A stretch of DNA of 64,000 nucleotides, taken from NCBI GenBank assembly GCA_964609585.1, contig CAZSRA010000005.1:2502-66501 (forward strand), read 5' to 3'. A program made the position numbers and the translations under genes. The notes below the pieces were generated by a model, which worked only from the letters and a program-made list of their open reading frames with translations, was not told the origin of the DNA and did not search any database. How positions within the stretch are numbered: the first letter of the stretch is position 1; every line of letters begins with the position of its first letter. This DNA is from an uncultured Candidatus Saccharimonadales bacterium. Lineage in GTDB: Bacteria; Patescibacteriota; Saccharimonadia; UBA4664. Below are positions 17,283-26,199 of this stretch, piece after piece.

Positions 17283-20200
17283 TCAGGGTGCAGAACTCAC
17301 ACGCCAGAGTGTTACTTGTCCCTCGAAGCCGACCGCCGTCTCGACCTTAGTGGATCGAGCCAGGAGGGCCTGAGTCGGGGCGTCCAAGCTGCTCAGGCTG
17401 TTCGTGTCACTGGTGTAGGTCATAATCCAGCGCACTTTGCCCGCGCACTGAGTTGTCTGCCACTGGATGTCGCACCACGGCTGAGAAATCTCGTTGCCGA
17501 TAGTGACTTCCGTCAGGACGACGTCCTGGGTCGGCACATACTCCTGCGCCAGTGTGGCTGCGACGCCGATAGCGTTGTCCTTGTGATCGACGATTCGCCA
17601 CCAAAAGCCACCGAGGTTGAGTGCTCCGATGAGAACGACCGCGACCATCGGGACCAGTCTCCGCCTGGCAGTAGTGCCGCGAAGCCAGCCGGTAACTTCC
17701 GCCGCCAGGTAGACATACAGGGGCACGAGCACGAGCTCGAAGTAGCTCGGGTAGCGGAGCTTGATCGCCCCGAACCCAATCACGGCGGCCGTGGCCCAGG
17801 CAAACAGCACCTGGTTATCTCTGACGGGCTGGAAGCTGCGTCTCATCAGACACTGCACCCAGCGGACCGCCATCACCGTGACACCGGAGGTCGCGACCAG
17901 GATCGAACCCACGAAGATCCGGTATTGATCGAACAACGGGCCGATGAGTTGGCCTGTGCTGTTAATAGAGCCACGACGAGCACCGGTTGCATTCCCGAAG
18001 GTCCGCTGCACCTGCTGCCCCATCTCCCCCCAGAACTGGCCGTACGCCGGGTTGAGCAGGGTCATGACCAGCAGATACCCCGTCACGATCGTAAGAGCGG
18101 TGGCGAAGAACTGGATGTGGTGGCGGTGGTACTTCCGGAAAATGAGCCAGCTTATTGCTGCCGCCAGCAGAACATAGGCGTCGGTGTGTTTGAACACCAC
18201 CGCCATACCCGCGGCAGCTCCGGCCAGAATGAACTGACCAGGAGTTGGGCGCTGTACTGCACGCCAGTAGAGCCACATGGCGGCGGTCACAAACACGATG
18301 GCAGTGTTCTCCATCCACCCGATGCGGTTGGCGTAGATCATCCAGCTATCGGTAGCGAGAAGCCCCGCGGTCACAAGCGCCGGCCTTGAGCCGATCGCTC
18401 GCCGCATGAAAGCCCAGAGCAGCAGGAGGGCCACCAGCGAGGTCGCCGCAGCAAGCCACCTGGCGGCGGCGATACCGGTTTGACCGACCAACTTGTCCCA
18501 CCCGGCCAGCTCCCAGAAGTAGAACGGAGGCTGGTAGAAGAAGGTTGAGACATGGTCGGCATAGTCGGGCCGACTCGCGAGGCGTCCTCCAGAGAGGAGG
18601 TTCCGTGCGATGGCCGAGTAGGCCGTCTCGTCCCAGATGAATCCGGGCCGGTTGTTGATGTTCCAGAAGCGCAAGAGCGCGGCGATGCCGAGGACTCCGA
18701 TGAGGGAAATCGACTCTCGACTCGCGAACTTACGACGCTTCCTTTTCGCACTTGATGGAGATGACATCATCCCTTCCTTTCCGGGTAGACTTGACGTCCC
18801 CCGCTTGATGTGGAGTCCGTGGAAGATCCCGAGGGTGAAAATCGACCCCAGAAACAGGGTAAGGAACGGGTAGAAGAACGCCTCCGGGCGCTTATTCTTC
18901 CGCACCTCAACTGATCCGAGGACTATAGCCGCCCCACTTGCCGCTCCTCCACCGACCAGGTCGGCTGAGGAGCCCAGTGCCGTCACGATGACAGCGATAG
19001 CCACCATCGATGCAGCCGAAGCCAGCACCAAAAGCGACTGCCGGGAGCGTCGCCTTGCGAACATGCTGTCGCGGTGTCGAACGATAAAGTCCGAACAACC
19101 TTGACCACCCCTCATGTACTCGCGGACAACGCCACGGAACCCCTTCCCGTGATCGTGGCCGCAAGTTAGAGCAGGAGCGAACCTGATACCGAACCCCTCC
19201 TTCGCGATCCGATAGAACCACTCGTAGTCCTCGTAGGATCGCTTCATGGAGACATCGGGGCCACCCACCGCCTCGAACACCGCGCGCGTGATGAACGCGT
19301 TGGCCGTCGTCGGAGGCTTGCAGCCGCGTCCGCCGAACGTGCTTGCGTCGAGCGTATACGGCTTGGGTACCCTGAGGGTCTTGGCGCCGAACACGTTGTG
19401 ATCCATGTACCGGCACCAGAAATCGCTGCCGAGCGAGTAAACGCCCCCGCCGACGCACTGCCACTCGCCGCTCAGCATCTCGCTGACGCCAGTGGCAATC
19501 CAATCTTGGGGCGGGATCGTGTCGCTGTCGGTTAGCGCGAAGATCTCACCCTTCGCGTTACTCAGTCCGGTGGTTCGTTTGACGTTGGCGTCACGCCCGG
19601 GGCCTGACGCATCCACCTCGAGGGTTCGGATGCGCGGGTCACTCTGGAGATCGCCGAGAGCTTCCCACGTCGGGTCGTTTATATCCCCGACAAGGATGAC
19701 TTCAGTCCTCCCGCCGTACTCTTGGTTCAGCAACGAGCTAACAGTCGCACGGATAGTGCGGCCGCTGCCCAAGCTGCCCTTTACTGGAATGACCACGCTC
19801 ACAAACGGCAGCGTGTGGATCGTCCCTCCATCTTGAGGATCCTGATTGTTGGTCACGTCGGACGTATCCGGACGACTCTCTTCGGGACCCATCGCCGATA
19901 GCCGAGCCGGGAAGGCCCAGAAGTGGCAGACGACGTAGTTGATCGCGGTGAAGATGGCGGTCGTTGCGAGCGCTGCCACAAGGTACTCCATGCCCAGCTT
20001 GATCAGGACGAAGTAAATCGCCTGGTTAACCGGAATGGTGACCACTCTCATGAGGTGGAATCGCCAAAAACTGACCCGGAAGCGGCTCTGCCGCTTCCTC
20101 CAGGTGAGCCTCCAGTTCAGGAAGAAGCTCGTCTCGATCGAGAGGAACCCCTGCAGAAAGAAGGCCGCCTGCTGTCCGAGATGGAGCCAGTGGACCTCAA

Positions 20201-20408
20201 AGTACAGACCGCCGACGCCGAACACGAACACGAGAGCGCCGATGAGGCTGAAGCTAGTGAGCGCAGCCTGGTGACGCCTGTACAGCTCTTGGACACTTCT
20301 GGGCACTTTGCCCTCCAGGTACGTTCTCCAAAGCTGGAACAACTTGGTCGACATGAAGACTGTCACCCTTCTTGGTCTTGAACGAATGATTTTGAACCTA
20401 CAAAACAA
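17283..20408 (-). CDS. tripartite fusion glycosyltransferase: GtrA-like flippase domain, GT2 polyprenyl-phosphate sugar synthase domain, and GT39/PMT_2 (ArnT/PMT-like GT-C) membrane domain
   Basis: N-terminal GtrA-like 4-TM region (VNQAIYFVLIKLG). Central GT2 region with VSVVIPVKG and the DXD motif ALTDSDTIPPQDW. C-terminal multi-TM region with the GT-C loop motif FIWDETAYSAIARNLL and FYQPPFYFW. GC is about 66%. An alternative start is MSTKLF at nt 20354. Confidence 0.75.
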   Translation of the reverse strand: MFCRFKIIRSRPRRVTVFMSTKLFQLWRTYLEGKVPRSVQELYRRHQAALTSFSLIGALVFVFGVGGLYFEVHWLHLGQQAAFFLQGFLSIETSFFLNWRLTWRKRQSRFRVSFWRFHLMRVVTIPVNQAIYFVLIKLGMEYLVAALATTAIFTAINYVVCHFWAFPARLSAMGPEESRPDTSDVTNNQDPQDGGTIHTLPFVSVVIPVKGSLGSGRTIRATVSSLLNQEYGGRTEVILVGDINDPTWEALGDLQSDPRIRTLEVDASGPGRDANVKRTTGLSNAKGEIFALTDSDTIPPQDWIATGVSEMLSGEWQCVGGGVYSLGSDFWCRYMDHNVFGAKTLRVPKPYTLDASTFGGRGCKPPTTANAFITRAVFEAVGGPDVSMKRSYEDYEWFYRIAKEGFGIRFAPALTCGHDHGKGFRGVVREYMRGGQGCSDFIVRHRDSMFARRRSRQSLLVLASAASMVAIAVIVTALGSSADLVGGGAASGAAIVLGSVEVRKNKRPEAFFYPFLTLFLGSIFTLGIFHGLHIKRGTSSLPGKEGMMSSPSSAKRKRRKFASRESISLIGVLGIAALLRFWNINNRPGFIWDETAYSAIARNLLSGGRLASRPDYADHVSTFFYQPPFYFWELAGWDKLVGQTGIAAARWLAAATSLVALLLLWAFMRRAIGSRPALVTAGLLATDSWMIYANRIGWMENTAIVFVTAAMWLYWRAVQRPTPGQFILAGAAAGMAVVFKHTDAYVLLAAAISWLIFRKYHRHHIQFFATALTIVTGYLLVMTLLNPAYGQFWGEMGQQVQRTFGNATGARRGSINSTGQLIGPLFDQYRIFVGSILVATSGVTVMAVRWVQCLMRRSFQPVRDNQVLFAWATAAVIGFGAIKLRYPSYFELVLVPLYVYLAAEVTGWLRGTTARRRLVPMVAVVLIGALNLGGFWWRIVDHKDNAIGVAATLAQEYVPTQDVVLTEVTIGNEISQPWCDIQWQTTQCAGKVRWIMTYTSDTNSLSSLDAPTQALLARSTKVETAVGFEGQVTLWRVSSAP

Positions 20409-20698
20409 AGATTATCCCCGTAGCAGGGATATCCTCATCTCTTTGTTCTTTTATCATAAAAAGTCTAAATTGTCAAAGAGGGAGATACGTCCGAAAATTG
20501 GCCTGAATGGTTATGCTTGCCCGTTCCTTAAGCCAAACGTAATATTGTTCATACCATTGATCGTACATTTTAATTCGGTGAGTGCCCGAGATTAGAAAAG
20601 CCCTTGCATCGCTAAATACTGTTCGTGTCAGCACAAAGTTGGCGGCAACTCTTATTTGCGTTATCGGACTCATTGTATATTTTCGAGGAATAATTCAT

Positions 20699-20784
20699 TG
20701 GTGCGCGAGAGAGGAGTCGAACCTCCACACCCTTGCGGGCACTAGAACCTGAATCTAGCGTGTCTACCATTCCACCACTCGCGC
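20699..20784 (-). tRNA. tRNA-Leu (anticodon CAG), type II, CCA encoded
   Basis: The reverse complement GCGCGAGTGGTGGAATGGTAGACACGCTAGATTCAGGTTCTAGTGCCCGCAAGGGTGTGGAGGTTCGACTCCTCTCTCGCGCACCA has anticodon stem CTAGA/TCTAG with loop TTCAGGT. It is a paralogue of the tRNA at 5832-5915 and shares the same 3' flank ATGAATTAT. Confidence 0.85.
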
Positions 20785-20842
20785 AGAGAAGTAGCATTTG
20801 TAACTGGCCTAGAATAGCATGAATCGAGACGCTGCGGAAGAC

Positions 20843-22600
20843 CTAGCGGATGGACGAGATGAAACGTTGGCGAATTGTCCAGCGCTGAACATCATAAAAA
20901 CGATCGGCGGGAACGACAAGACGCTGGGCTGCAATGCCGGAAGTACTGTCGCTCGCCCCATAGATATAGCCGGATTCATAGAGTACGGCGGCAGGTGCGT
21001 CGGCGTCCCAGGTTTTCAAGAAAGTGTCGTATTTACCGAGTCGTACTAGGGGATCACTACTAATGCGGCCAGCTTCGAGGGCATGGTCGGCGATGGTTGA
21101 GCTGTAGGCCGAGAGGTTGATGCCGGGATCTGTGGCCTGGCTGGAATGCCAAAATGGATAGACGTCGGGATCAGACCCGAGGTTAATGCCATAGAGGAGC
21201 ATTTGGAAGTTTCGGGGTCGCATATAGGTTTGCTGAAGTTGGTCGAGGCTAACGGTGGTAATGCGCACATCAATGCCTAGGGGTGCCCATTGGCGTTTAA
21301 TTTCGGCGGCGGCTCGTTTTAGCTCTGGATCACCGAGCGTAACGAGCTGAAGTCGAAGACCGGACGCTCCATTGGTTCGGGTGCTCGTGGGGGCGGTTTG
21401 CTTCCAGCCATCGGCGTCCAGAGCTTGTTTGGCGTCCACGATACTCAGAGCCGGTGGCTCGTATTTCGTGGTATAACCGAGCTGGCCGGGCAAAAGTGGC
21501 TGTGTGAGTGCCGCGCCCTGACCACCGGTGGCTTGCTGAAGGATAGATTGTCGATTTAGAGAGCTCGATAGAATGGTTCTGAGTGTTTTGTCTTTCAGCG
21601 TGGGGTCATTGGTTGCAAAGAAGAGAGTTTCGGCTTCGGGTAGGGTAAAATTATACATAGCAAGTCCGGCGGTGCTGGCGGTGGGGCCTGAATCTGGGTA
21701 AATCCGGCCCGGCGAGGTAACCTGCCTTTGGGCATAGGCGCGTAGGGTGTCCGCGGGGCTAGCGTAGAATTTGAAATCAAAACCATCGAGCTTGGGTCGC
21801 CCGAGATAGTAGCTGGTGTTGGCACTGAGTTCGATGATTTTAGCCGAGGGAGCGAAGGTTTTGATTTTGAATGGTCCGGTGCCGATAGGATTTTGGTTAA
21901 AAGCCGCTTCGCGGAGGAGCGAGGGATCAACCGACTCCAGCAAGTGCCTCGGGACGATACCGACGGTCGTGGAGTCAAGAAAGGAGTTTAAGGCTTGAGG
22001 CAGGGTGAACATTACCGTGTAGTCGTCTTTGGCATCAACTCTGACACCACTCCAAGATGAGGCCAGGGGCGATCTGGAGTCGGGATTTTGGATGGCGGCG
22101 ATAGTAAAAACGACATCGGCTGAGGTGAAGGGGACGTTGTCGTGCCATTTTACCCCGTGGCGAAGGTGAAAGGTATAGACTTTGCCGTCGCTCGAGACAT
22201 TCCAAGTAGCGAGATCGGGCACGAGCTGGCGTTTGGCGTTATAACGGGTGAGGCCGCTAAAAATGAGGCGGTTGATGTCGCTCGATGTAACGGATTCAGG
22301 CAAGAGTGGATTGAGGGTGCTGACGGTGCCGACAGCGGCTTCGGAATAAACACCGCCACTCGCTGGAACGGCTATTTTTGAGGCTTGAGTGAGCGAACTT
22401 ATTTGCTGGGTGAGGCTCATAAGGCTGATGCCAGCTATAAAGCCCCAAAGCAAAAGAAACCGGCGCACTACGCGCACTTGATGCCATTTACCCCAAATGT
22501 GTTGGTCGACGTAAGCGGCGACGTTTTTTTGGATGTGATAGGAGGTTCGGCGGAGGCGGCGCAACGAACGCCGGTACCGAAACCGCACGTAGTTAAACAT
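20843..22600 (-). CDS. ABC transporter substrate-binding protein, family 5 (oligopeptide/nickel, OppA-like), membrane anchored
   Basis: SBP_bac_5-like segments LTRYNAKRQLVPDLATWNVSSDGKVYTFHLRHGVKWHDNVPFTSADVVFT, plus an N-terminal TM anchor. Confidence 0.8.
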   Translation of the reverse strand: MFNYVRFRYRRSLRRLRRTSYHIQKNVAAYVDQHIWGKWHQVRVVRRFLLLWGFIAGISLMSLTQQISSLTQASKIAVPASGGVYSEAAVGTVSTLNPLLPESVTSSDINRLIFSGLTRYNAKRQLVPDLATWNVSSDGKVYTFHLRHGVKWHDNVPFTSADVVFTIAAIQNPDSRSPLASSWSGVRVDAKDDYTVMFTLPQALNSFLDSTTVGIVPRHLLESVDPSLLREAAFNQNPIGTGPFKIKTFAPSAKIIELSANTSYYLGRPKLDGFDFKFYASPADTLRAYAQRQVTSPGRIYPDSGPTASTAGLAMYNFTLPEAETLFFATNDPTLKDKTLRTILSSSLNRQSILQQATGGQGAALTQPLLPGQLGYTTKYEPPALSIVDAKQALDADGWKQTAPTSTRTNGASGLRLQLVTLGDPELKRAAAEIKRQWAPLGIDVRITTVSLDQLQQTYMRPRNFQMLLYGINLGSDPDVYPFWHSSQATDPGINLSAYSSTIADHALEAGRISSDPLVRLGKYDTFLKTWDADAPAAVLYESGYIYGASDSTSGIAAQRLVVPADRFYDVQRWTIRQRFISSIR

Positions 22601-22821
22601 TACTTCTTGGAGAGAATACTAAGTATTACCGATAAAACAAATAAAACGGCGAAGACGATGGTGGCATTGAAGATCACGGCTTCAGCGCCGCGCCTGGAAC
22701 GATAGTAATTGGTGTCGCCGCCAAAGGTGGCGCCGAGGCTTTGCCCCCGGGATTGTATCAGGATAAATAACATGAGCATGATGGCCGAGATGACGGTGAT
22801 GGCGTTAAACAGATTTCGCAC
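22600..22821 (-). CDS. secG: preprotein translocase subunit SecG
   Basis: 73 aa with two TM helices and the SecG-like loop LIQSRGQSLGATFGG. Confidence 0.65.
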   Translation of the reverse strand: MRNLFNAITVISAIMLMLFILIQSRGQSLGATFGGDTNYYRSRRGAEAVIFNATIVFAVLFVLSVILSILSKK

Positions 22822-23176
22822 GTTTTGCGGGCTCCAGAAGTTCGGTTAGTAGGTAATTTACGACCCAGATAATGACGGTAGCAATGACGGCAGTCCAAAA
22901 TGAGCGAAGCTGGAAACTGGGATAGATTTTGGTGACAAGATAGAGCATGAAGGCGTTGATAATGAGCGTAAAGAGGCCGAGCGTGAGAACAATGGCTGGT
23001 AGAGACAGAATGACAATTAGCGGCCGGATGACAGCATTCACGATTGAAAATATGAGCGCAGCAATTACGAGTACGCGCAGTTTATCGTTGTAGTTGATGC
23101 TGCCGGTCATTAATTCGGCCGCGGCCCACAGACCGAGGAAGTTTACGAGCACGCGCAGGGCGAATTTACGTAACAT
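22805..23176 (-). CDS. 4-TM membrane protein of the phage-holin-4_2 / DUF360 (PF04020-like) family
   Basis: Pattern MLRKFALRVLVNFLGLWAAAEL...SIVNAVIRPLIVILSLPAIVLTLGLFTLIINAFMLYL. Start taken at ATG 23176; the longer ORF-track frame is unlikely. Confidence 0.6.
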   Translation of the reverse strand: MLRKFALRVLVNFLGLWAAAELMTGSINYNDKLRVLVIAALIFSIVNAVIRPLIVILSLPAIVLTLGLFTLIINAFMLYLVTKIYPSFQLRSFWTAVIATVIIWVVNYLLTELLEPAKRAKSV

Positions 23177-23237
23177 AGCTTGGGTATGGTAGCACGAATC
23201 AGACTCCGGCGCTATGGGCGCTGCTTTTTTTCGTGTC

Positions 23238-23702
23238 TTAGGATTGTTTATCGAATAGACTATTTTTATCGGTAGCGGCAACTTTGCTTTCACTTTGAAA
23301 CATCCAACGCACCCCGTATTTGTCGGTGAGAGCGCCGTAACTGCCGAAGGGCATATCGCGAAGATCATCCATGAGATTTTTCGGGGCGTCGGCGGATAGT
23401 TTGTCAAAAATATCTCGAGTGTCGGCATACGAGCCACTATTAATGTACATGCAAATGAGATTACCGGGTTTGGGTAGCCTTGAGTCGTTCGGGAATAACC
23501 AGTCGGAGGCCGAGAAGTCGATGGTGCCACTTATGAGCCGCGCATTTATGACTTTGTCCTGCTGATCGGGGCGCATGTGATTTTTCATAGGTGTTTCGTT
23601 GACTTTCTGCATCGAAAGCTCGCCGCCAAGACAGCTTTTATAAAACTTCATAGCTTCGGCGCAATTGCCCTCAAAAAGCAAGTATGGTGTGAGATTTGGC
23701 AT
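23238..23702 (-). CDS. VOC-family protein (glyoxalase/bleomycin-resistance fold, PhnB-like)
   Basis: Begins MPNLTPYLLFEGNCAEAMKFYKSCLGGEL, which is PhnB/3-demethylubiquinone methyltransferase-like. Confidence 0.65.
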   Translation of the reverse strand: MPNLTPYLLFEGNCAEAMKFYKSCLGGELSMQKVNETPMKNHMRPDQQDKVINARLISGTIDFSASDWLFPNDSRLPKPGNLICMYINSGSYADTRDIFDKLSADAPKNLMDDLRDMPFGSYGALTDKYGVRWMFQSESKVAATDKNSLFDKQS

Positions 23703-23758
23703 GTTGCGATACTCCAGTTATTGAGACATTTGCCATTTTAGGGCGTTTGTGAACTAGG

Positions 23759-24604
23759 TTATTGTAGAAATCCGTCGTTTTGCGTGTAAGAAAGCCCGAC
23801 TTGATCACGATAAAACTCATCGACATTTTGGAAAATATTTGTGGGGATAATCCCGGTAAAGGCTTTGATGTCGCGGATGAAGTGCGACTGATCATGAAAA
23901 TTTAGTTCGTGGGCAATGTCGACGAGACGCCGGTAGTGTCCAGTTTTCATGAGCTCATAAGCCTGGTTGATGCGTTTTATCCGAATAAAGTGCCCAGCAT
24001 CCATTCCAACAGCTTGCTTGAAGCGTTTTTGAAATTGGCGCCCAGAGAGGTCGGCGGCGATATAGAGTGACTCTACCGTGAGGGAGCTGGGGTCGTGATT
24101 AATAAGGTCTAAAGCTTGCTCAATCGCAGGATCAGGCAAACCAACTCGCCCTTTTTCCTGCCGGAGGAAGTTGATGAGCAGATTTTGTTGGGTGTCCTTG
24201 TTTGCACTTAAAAGCTGGGTTTGGAGCTCTGGGCGTGAAGCGGCAAGATTTAGAGAGGTATTGGTGAGACTTGCTGCATCGAGTCCGAAAATTGACCGTA
24301 GAGCATGAGGCTTTAGTACAACTTGTAGGGTCTCGAAGGGAAACTTAAAGTGCATGATGCTCTTTTGAATGATCTGGCCGTACACGAATAGGAGCGGCAC
24401 ATGTGTTCGATGCACAGAGTCAGTTGCAAGATGTGTGATAGCGGAATCGGGGCCAGAATGTTGAAATAGAATACCCGGAAAACCATTGGGGAAAACTCGA
24501 ATTATGAGAGCTTCAGAACCCTGGTAAGTCGCTAGCCTAAAGCATTCCACATCGGTTTTGAGGTCGTCGGGTGGCAAGGTTATCTGAGATGTGACAGCAT
24601 TCAT
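23759..24604 (-). CDS. AraC-family transcriptional regulator
   Basis: C-terminal HTH_AraC: SLYIAADLSGRQFQKRFKQAVGMDAGHFIRIKRINQAYELM...FHDQSHFIRDIKAFTGIIP. Confidence 0.75.
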   Translation of the reverse strand: MNAVTSQITLPPDDLKTDVECFRLATYQGSEALIIRVFPNGFPGILFQHSGPDSAITHLATDSVHRTHVPLLFVYGQIIQKSIMHFKFPFETLQVVLKPHALRSIFGLDAASLTNTSLNLAASRPELQTQLLSANKDTQQNLLINFLRQEKGRVGLPDPAIEQALDLINHDPSSLTVESLYIAADLSGRQFQKRFKQAVGMDAGHFIRIKRINQAYELMKTGHYRRLVDIAHELNFHDQSHFIRDIKAFTGIIPTNIFQNVDEFYRDQVGLSYTQNDGFLQ

Positions 24605-25884
24605 GACGCGCGGGCGATGAGATGCTCGATATCATCGGGGGCGCTGGGTATACTGCCCGATAACACTTCGTGGCCGGTGGATGTAATGAGAATGTCATCT
24701 TCGAGGCGGACCCCGATCCCCTCTTCGGCAAGGTAAAGGCCGGGTTCGCAAGTGACAACCATGCCGGGAGCGAAAGTGAGCTTGGAGTCGCCGGTATCAT
24801 GAACGTCGAGGCCGAGATGGTGGGAGATGTGGGGGTAATACTTGTGGAGATGTTTGGCAGCGGACGAGCCTTTGGCCTGAGCTGGGGTAATGAGCTGAAG
24901 CGCCACGAGCTCTTTTATAAGGTGTTTTCGCATGGCGGCATCAATGCTAAGGATGGTAGCACCGGGCTTATGCAGGGCAATACCGATTTGTTGCGCCCGG
25001 TAGACGGCTTCGTAGACGGCACGTTGGCGGGGCGTGAAATGACCACTGGCAGGAACAGTGCGGGAAATGTCGGCGGCGTAATAGCCGGCTTCGGCCGCGG
25101 TGTCGAAAAGCACGAGGTCATTTTTCTGTACGAGGCTGTCGCCCGGCGTTGCGTGAATGATGGTGGCATTTTTGCCGGCGGCAACGATGGAGCTGAAGGC
25201 GGGACCAGTGGCGCCGCGGCGCGTGAATTCGGCCAGGAGCTCAGCGCTGAGGTCGTATTCGGGAAGGTTCGGGCCAAGAGTAGCATAGGCTTTTTCAAGT
25301 CCGGAGCGCGTCATCTCAATAGCCTGGCGGATCTGAGCAATTTCGGCGGGAGCTTTGATGGTGCGTTGGTTTCCGAGAAAATCAAGACAGGATTTGAGCT
25401 TGTGCTCGGGAAGCTGCTGACGGAGAAAGGAAGCGCGACGAGCTGCGGGCCCGAGGGGGCCGGGCTCTGGAGCGGCGTCTGCATTTACATAAATGGTATG
25501 AAACTGCCGGGTGAGGTGTTTTAGGATATTTTTGAGCTCGTTTAGATCGAGAACGGCCTGAACGCCGGAACGCTCTGCGGCTGCTTTTTTGCTGAGACGC
25601 GGACCGGTCCAGAGCGCCATGGTATCGTCGGTTTCGCGGAGGAATAGGATTTCGCGCAAGTGTTCGTTGGGGTGACCGGGCGCCAGGAGGAGTACGGCTT
25701 CTGGCTCGTCAATGCCGGTGAGGTAGTAGAAATTGGAGTCGGGGCGGAAGGGGTATTCGAAATCGCCGCGGCGACGCAGGACATCGGCGGTATCGATGAT
25801 GGCGATGGCTTCGGGACCAATGCTTTGGGCTAGCTTTTGGCGATTGGCGGCGTGGAATTCGGGTGGGAGGGGTTGGTAGCGCAT
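24601..25884 (-). CDS. pepP: Xaa-Pro aminopeptidase (M24B)
   Basis: M24 metal-ligand motifs (HHLGLDVHD, VVTCEPGLY, EDDILIT) and an N-terminal creatinase-like domain. Confidence 0.85.
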   Translation of the reverse strand: MRYQPLPPEFHAANRQKLAQSIGPEAIAIIDTADVLRRRGDFEYPFRPDSNFYYLTGIDEPEAVLLLAPGHPNEHLREILFLRETDDTMALWTGPRLSKKAAAERSGVQAVLDLNELKNILKHLTRQFHTIYVNADAAPEPGPLGPAARRASFLRQQLPEHKLKSCLDFLGNQRTIKAPAEIAQIRQAIEMTRSGLEKAYATLGPNLPEYDLSAELLAEFTRRGATGPAFSSIVAAGKNATIIHATPGDSLVQKNDLVLFDTAAEAGYYAADISRTVPASGHFTPRQRAVYEAVYRAQQIGIALHKPGATILSIDAAMRKHLIKELVALQLITPAQAKGSSAAKHLHKYYPHISHHLGLDVHDTGDSKLTFAPGMVVTCEPGLYLAEEGIGVRLEDDILITSTGHEVLSGSIPSAPDDIEHLIARAS

Positions 25885-26199
25885 GGGGCAATTATAGCGG
25901 AAATTTTGGCCTAAAAATGCAGGGTGCCACCCCTGCGCGCCGCTAAAATGCGGGGCAGGGGTGGCGGGGATCGCGGACCCGATCTTGTACCACGCCGCCA
26001 GAGCGGCGGGGTTGGGCTAGCTGGGGTACAGGCCGATCATGAGGAAGACGCCGGCGGTGAGGAGCAGCAGGACGCAGTTGACGGCGTTCCTGAGCTTCGG
26101 GTTTTCCACGGTTTTCTCCTTATGCGACGGGGGTCCTACTAGGTAAAGCTTGGCTAGTATACGTATTTTTATTTATCTTGTCAATTATCTTGACCTTTC

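Noticed and set aside
17316-18389. 357-aa ORF on the plus strand antisense to the glycosyltransferase fusion gene, plus other long antisense ORFs at 46084-46926, 48063-48971, 49038-49661, 24670-25524, 26554-27156, 38769-39794, 31058-31708 and 29966-30484
   Set aside because: They fall entirely inside strongly supported genes on the opposite strand. In high-GC DNA, stop codons are rare in every frame, so these are frame artefacts. Their products are Arg/Pro/Gly-rich and low-complexity.
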